Assembly (NCBI RefSeq): GCF_009914755.1
Contig: NC_060928.1
Length of the DNA: 64,000 nt
Direction: 5' to 3' (one strand)
Source: the human T2T-CHM13v2.0 reference genome, Homo sapiens
The translations under genes were made by a program, and so were the position numbers. The notes beneath the pieces are model-generated. The model did not search any database. It worked only from the letters and a program-made list of their open reading frames with translations, and was not told where the DNA came from. This document shows positions 59,906 through 64,000 of the stretch, one piece after another; position 1 is the stretch's first letter; the number at the start of each line of letters is the position of its first letter.

Positions 59906-60100
59906 CTCTCTCTCTCTCTCTCTCTGAAAGAAACATTCGAAATAATGTTTGACAAAACAGTTTGGCACTGAGGCTCACCCAAGTTGACACATAAAATTAA
60001 TCTTTACACTGACTTATCCTATAATGCTCAAGACAGTCCCCCAAAATAAAGAATTATCTGGTTCAAAAAGTCAATACTGCTAAAGTTGAGAAAGCCTAGC
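58105..60100. mobile_element. MER20 split (58105-58258 and 60009-60100) by a stack of MLT1 LTR, MLT1-internal, MST pieces and MLT2 LTR
   Basis: The MER20 halves ...GAAGCCAGGGATACTGCC and ...ATCCTATAATGCTCAAGACAGTCCCCC...GTTGAGAAA are collinear. MLT1 from 58259; MST about 59220-59640; MLT2 ends CATAAAATTAATCTTTACA at 60008. Confidence 0.75.
59863..59925. repeat. (CA)n(CT)n microsatellite inside MLT2
   Basis: Direct reading of the sequence. Confidence 0.95.
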
Positions 60101-60109
60101 CTAGAATGA

Positions 60110-60664
60110 TAAAGAGGGTATGAGAATGGGCATTATATAAACAAGAGAGCCTAGGGTGGAACAAAGTAGAATCTAGATGTTTTGAAGGCTAAAGAGGGTA
60201 TGAGAATGGGCATTATATAAACAAGAGAGCCTAGGGTGGAACAAAGTAGAATCTAGATGTTTTGAAGGCTAAAGAGGGTATGAGAATGGCATTATATAAA
60301 CAAGAGAGCCTAGGGTGGAACAAAGTAGAATCTAGATGTTTTGAAGGCTAAAGAGGGTATCAGAATGGCATTATATAAACAAGAGAGCCTAGGGTGGAAC
60401 AAAGTAGAATCTAGATGTTTTGAAGGCTAAAGAGGGTATCAGAATGGCATTATATAAACAAGAGAGCCTAGGGTGGAACAAAATAGAATCTAGATGTTTT
60501 GAAGGCTAAAGAGGGTATCAGAATGGCATTATATAAACAAGAGAGCCTAGGGTGGAACAAAGTAGAATCTAGATGTTTTGAAGGCTAAAGAGGGTATCAG
60601 AATGGCATTATATAAACAAGAGAGCCTAGGGTGGAACAAAATAGAATCTAGATGTTTTGAAGGC
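60110..60664. repeat. 79-80-bp VNTR x7, near-identical copies
   Basis: TAAAGAGGGTAT at 60110, 60190, 60270, 60349, 60428, 60507 and 60586. Confidence 0.97.
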
Positions 60665-62275
60665 ACGATTATTGGTATAATCATTTTTCAGGTCACTTGC
60701 ACATAAATCTCAATAGAAATGGTCACAAAGCAGTGGGTGCTGACTGACAATACATGGGCTCTAGGAGTGAAGCAATGAGAGGAGAAACATCACTAGTAAG
60801 AGTTTTATTTGCTTTTACAATATTCTGTGAGAGAATTTTTTCCCCTTTGGCCATGGGTTTAGCATGTACATTTCAAAGGTGTCTGTTAAAATGACAGAGT
60901 TGGCTTATTTTTTCTCTATTAGCCAAAGACACATTATAGTGGTTGTTTTTTGAAATTTATCAACCTGAGCTTGTATTTTTACTTTAAAGATAAATGAGGA
61001 ACTTTTAATTTGGTAATAAGGGTACTGCTCAAATATACCTAGGCAAAAAACAGTTGTTCTATGGATTTAAGAATGAATACTATCACAAATAATAAATCAA
61101 GGAGACTAACTCTTAAATAAGATACAGTTTGCATTTTCTCGCCTAAGAAAGCATTTTTTAAAATTAGTACAAGCCTAAGTCTTGGTGTTATTTGTTTGCT
61201 CTCGTTCATAATAGGATTGCTTTATAATTATTTAGTTTTTTAAAGTGTGTCTATTATTCTAAAAACTTATAGTCCTGAGTGTCTTAATTTTTTCTAGAAA
61301 AATTTGCAATAGCTATTTCTGGCCATTGTTAGTAGGTTCAAACTGATTATGTAACTAAAGTGCTTCCACCATGAAAAAAGTGGTACATTACATTTTCTAT
61401 AGAGTCTTTCATAATTCATCCCGATCAAAGCAGTGAGCTGAACTGAGACCATAAACAGCTCACAAATGTTTCACAACATAATCAATGAAGTACCAATGAT
61501 ATCTCAAAAATAGCTGCAAGGTTATCTGTAGTGCTTTATAGTTACAAATATGCTGTCAAAATTAGATTTTCTTTCCTTTTCCTGAGTTTAGTAAGCACTT
61601 TTGTTTCTAGTCATTTAACCAACTCCTTTAGTTCTGGAGTTCTATAAAGTTCACTCACAGAGGAATTGAACCATTGATGGGGGACTGACTGCTGGCTATA
61701 CCTTCCTAAATATCATCTCTTTGCTAATCACCTCCTTACTAAATACTATAACAATCCTCAGATGCATATGCTTAAGGACAAATCTTAATTTGCAGGACAT
61801 TCTTCCCGCTGGTTGGTAATGCCCAAGTGGTCCTTCTTTAGGCTGAGCAGTGTTAGATGTTCATGATTACCATTTCCACTCTTTTGTTGCTGTGGTTAAA
61901 ATAAAAATAAAAATAAACGTATATAAGGTGTTTTGCTTTCTTTGAGTCAAATAATTTTGGTTCAAATAAAGAAGACATAAGAAAAGCTAACGATTTGCAT
62001 CAGTGATTAAACACTTAGATGAACTTGTAATTAAGCTTAGAAATGAGGTAAATTTAGAATTAGGGAAGCAATAATAGTGTAACTTTATATTGGACTAAAG
62101 TTAAGTGATATTTTATATAAATGTAACTGATAGAACTGGTTAAGACTACTCACCTTAATCAACTATAAATCAGAGAAAGCATACCCTAGCTATGGAACAT
62201 AATGCAATCAAATGTATAGATTCATTGTTTCAAACTTGGATTTGCCATGCAGATGTTTTTCATTAGAAAGGTTTC

Positions 62276-64000
<1,725 letters not shown>

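Noticed and set aside
60110-60664. CRISPR-like array (also considered for 57463-57850 and 24470-24630)
   Set aside because: Head-to-tail units with no unique spacers and no cas genes, in primate DNA.

Overview
This is primate (human/ape-type) genomic DNA, AT-rich and dominated by interspersed repeats: L1PA and L1M LINEs, L2, MIR, Alu, MER DNA transposons, MaLR LTRs and a solo HERV-H LTR7 with target-site duplications (TSDs). It also holds many tandem repeats. No protein-coding gene is supported; the long ORFs are L1 ORF1/ORF2 debris, antisense Alu or minisatellite read-throughs. The window is probably intronic or intergenic, with a few possible non-coding exons. I found no new gene system; the notable signal is mutational history. 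(1) Two L1PA copies 43 kb apart share a 304-bp tract with only 2 mismatches and the same apparently derived frameshift, inside flanks that differ by about 6-8%, which suggests non-allelic gene conversion. (2) All three young L1s are twin-primed 5'-inverted insertions, and one carries a 20-nt 3' transduction tag. (3) A fold-back inverted duplication surrounds a (TA)n microsatellite. (4) A trimeric Alu without TSDs sits where part of an L2 appears to be missing. (5) Several VNTRs multiply transcription-factor motifs, including a 1.1-kb E-box array. Subfamily names come from recalled consensus sequences, mismatch counts were made by eye, and boundaries of old repeats are approximate.
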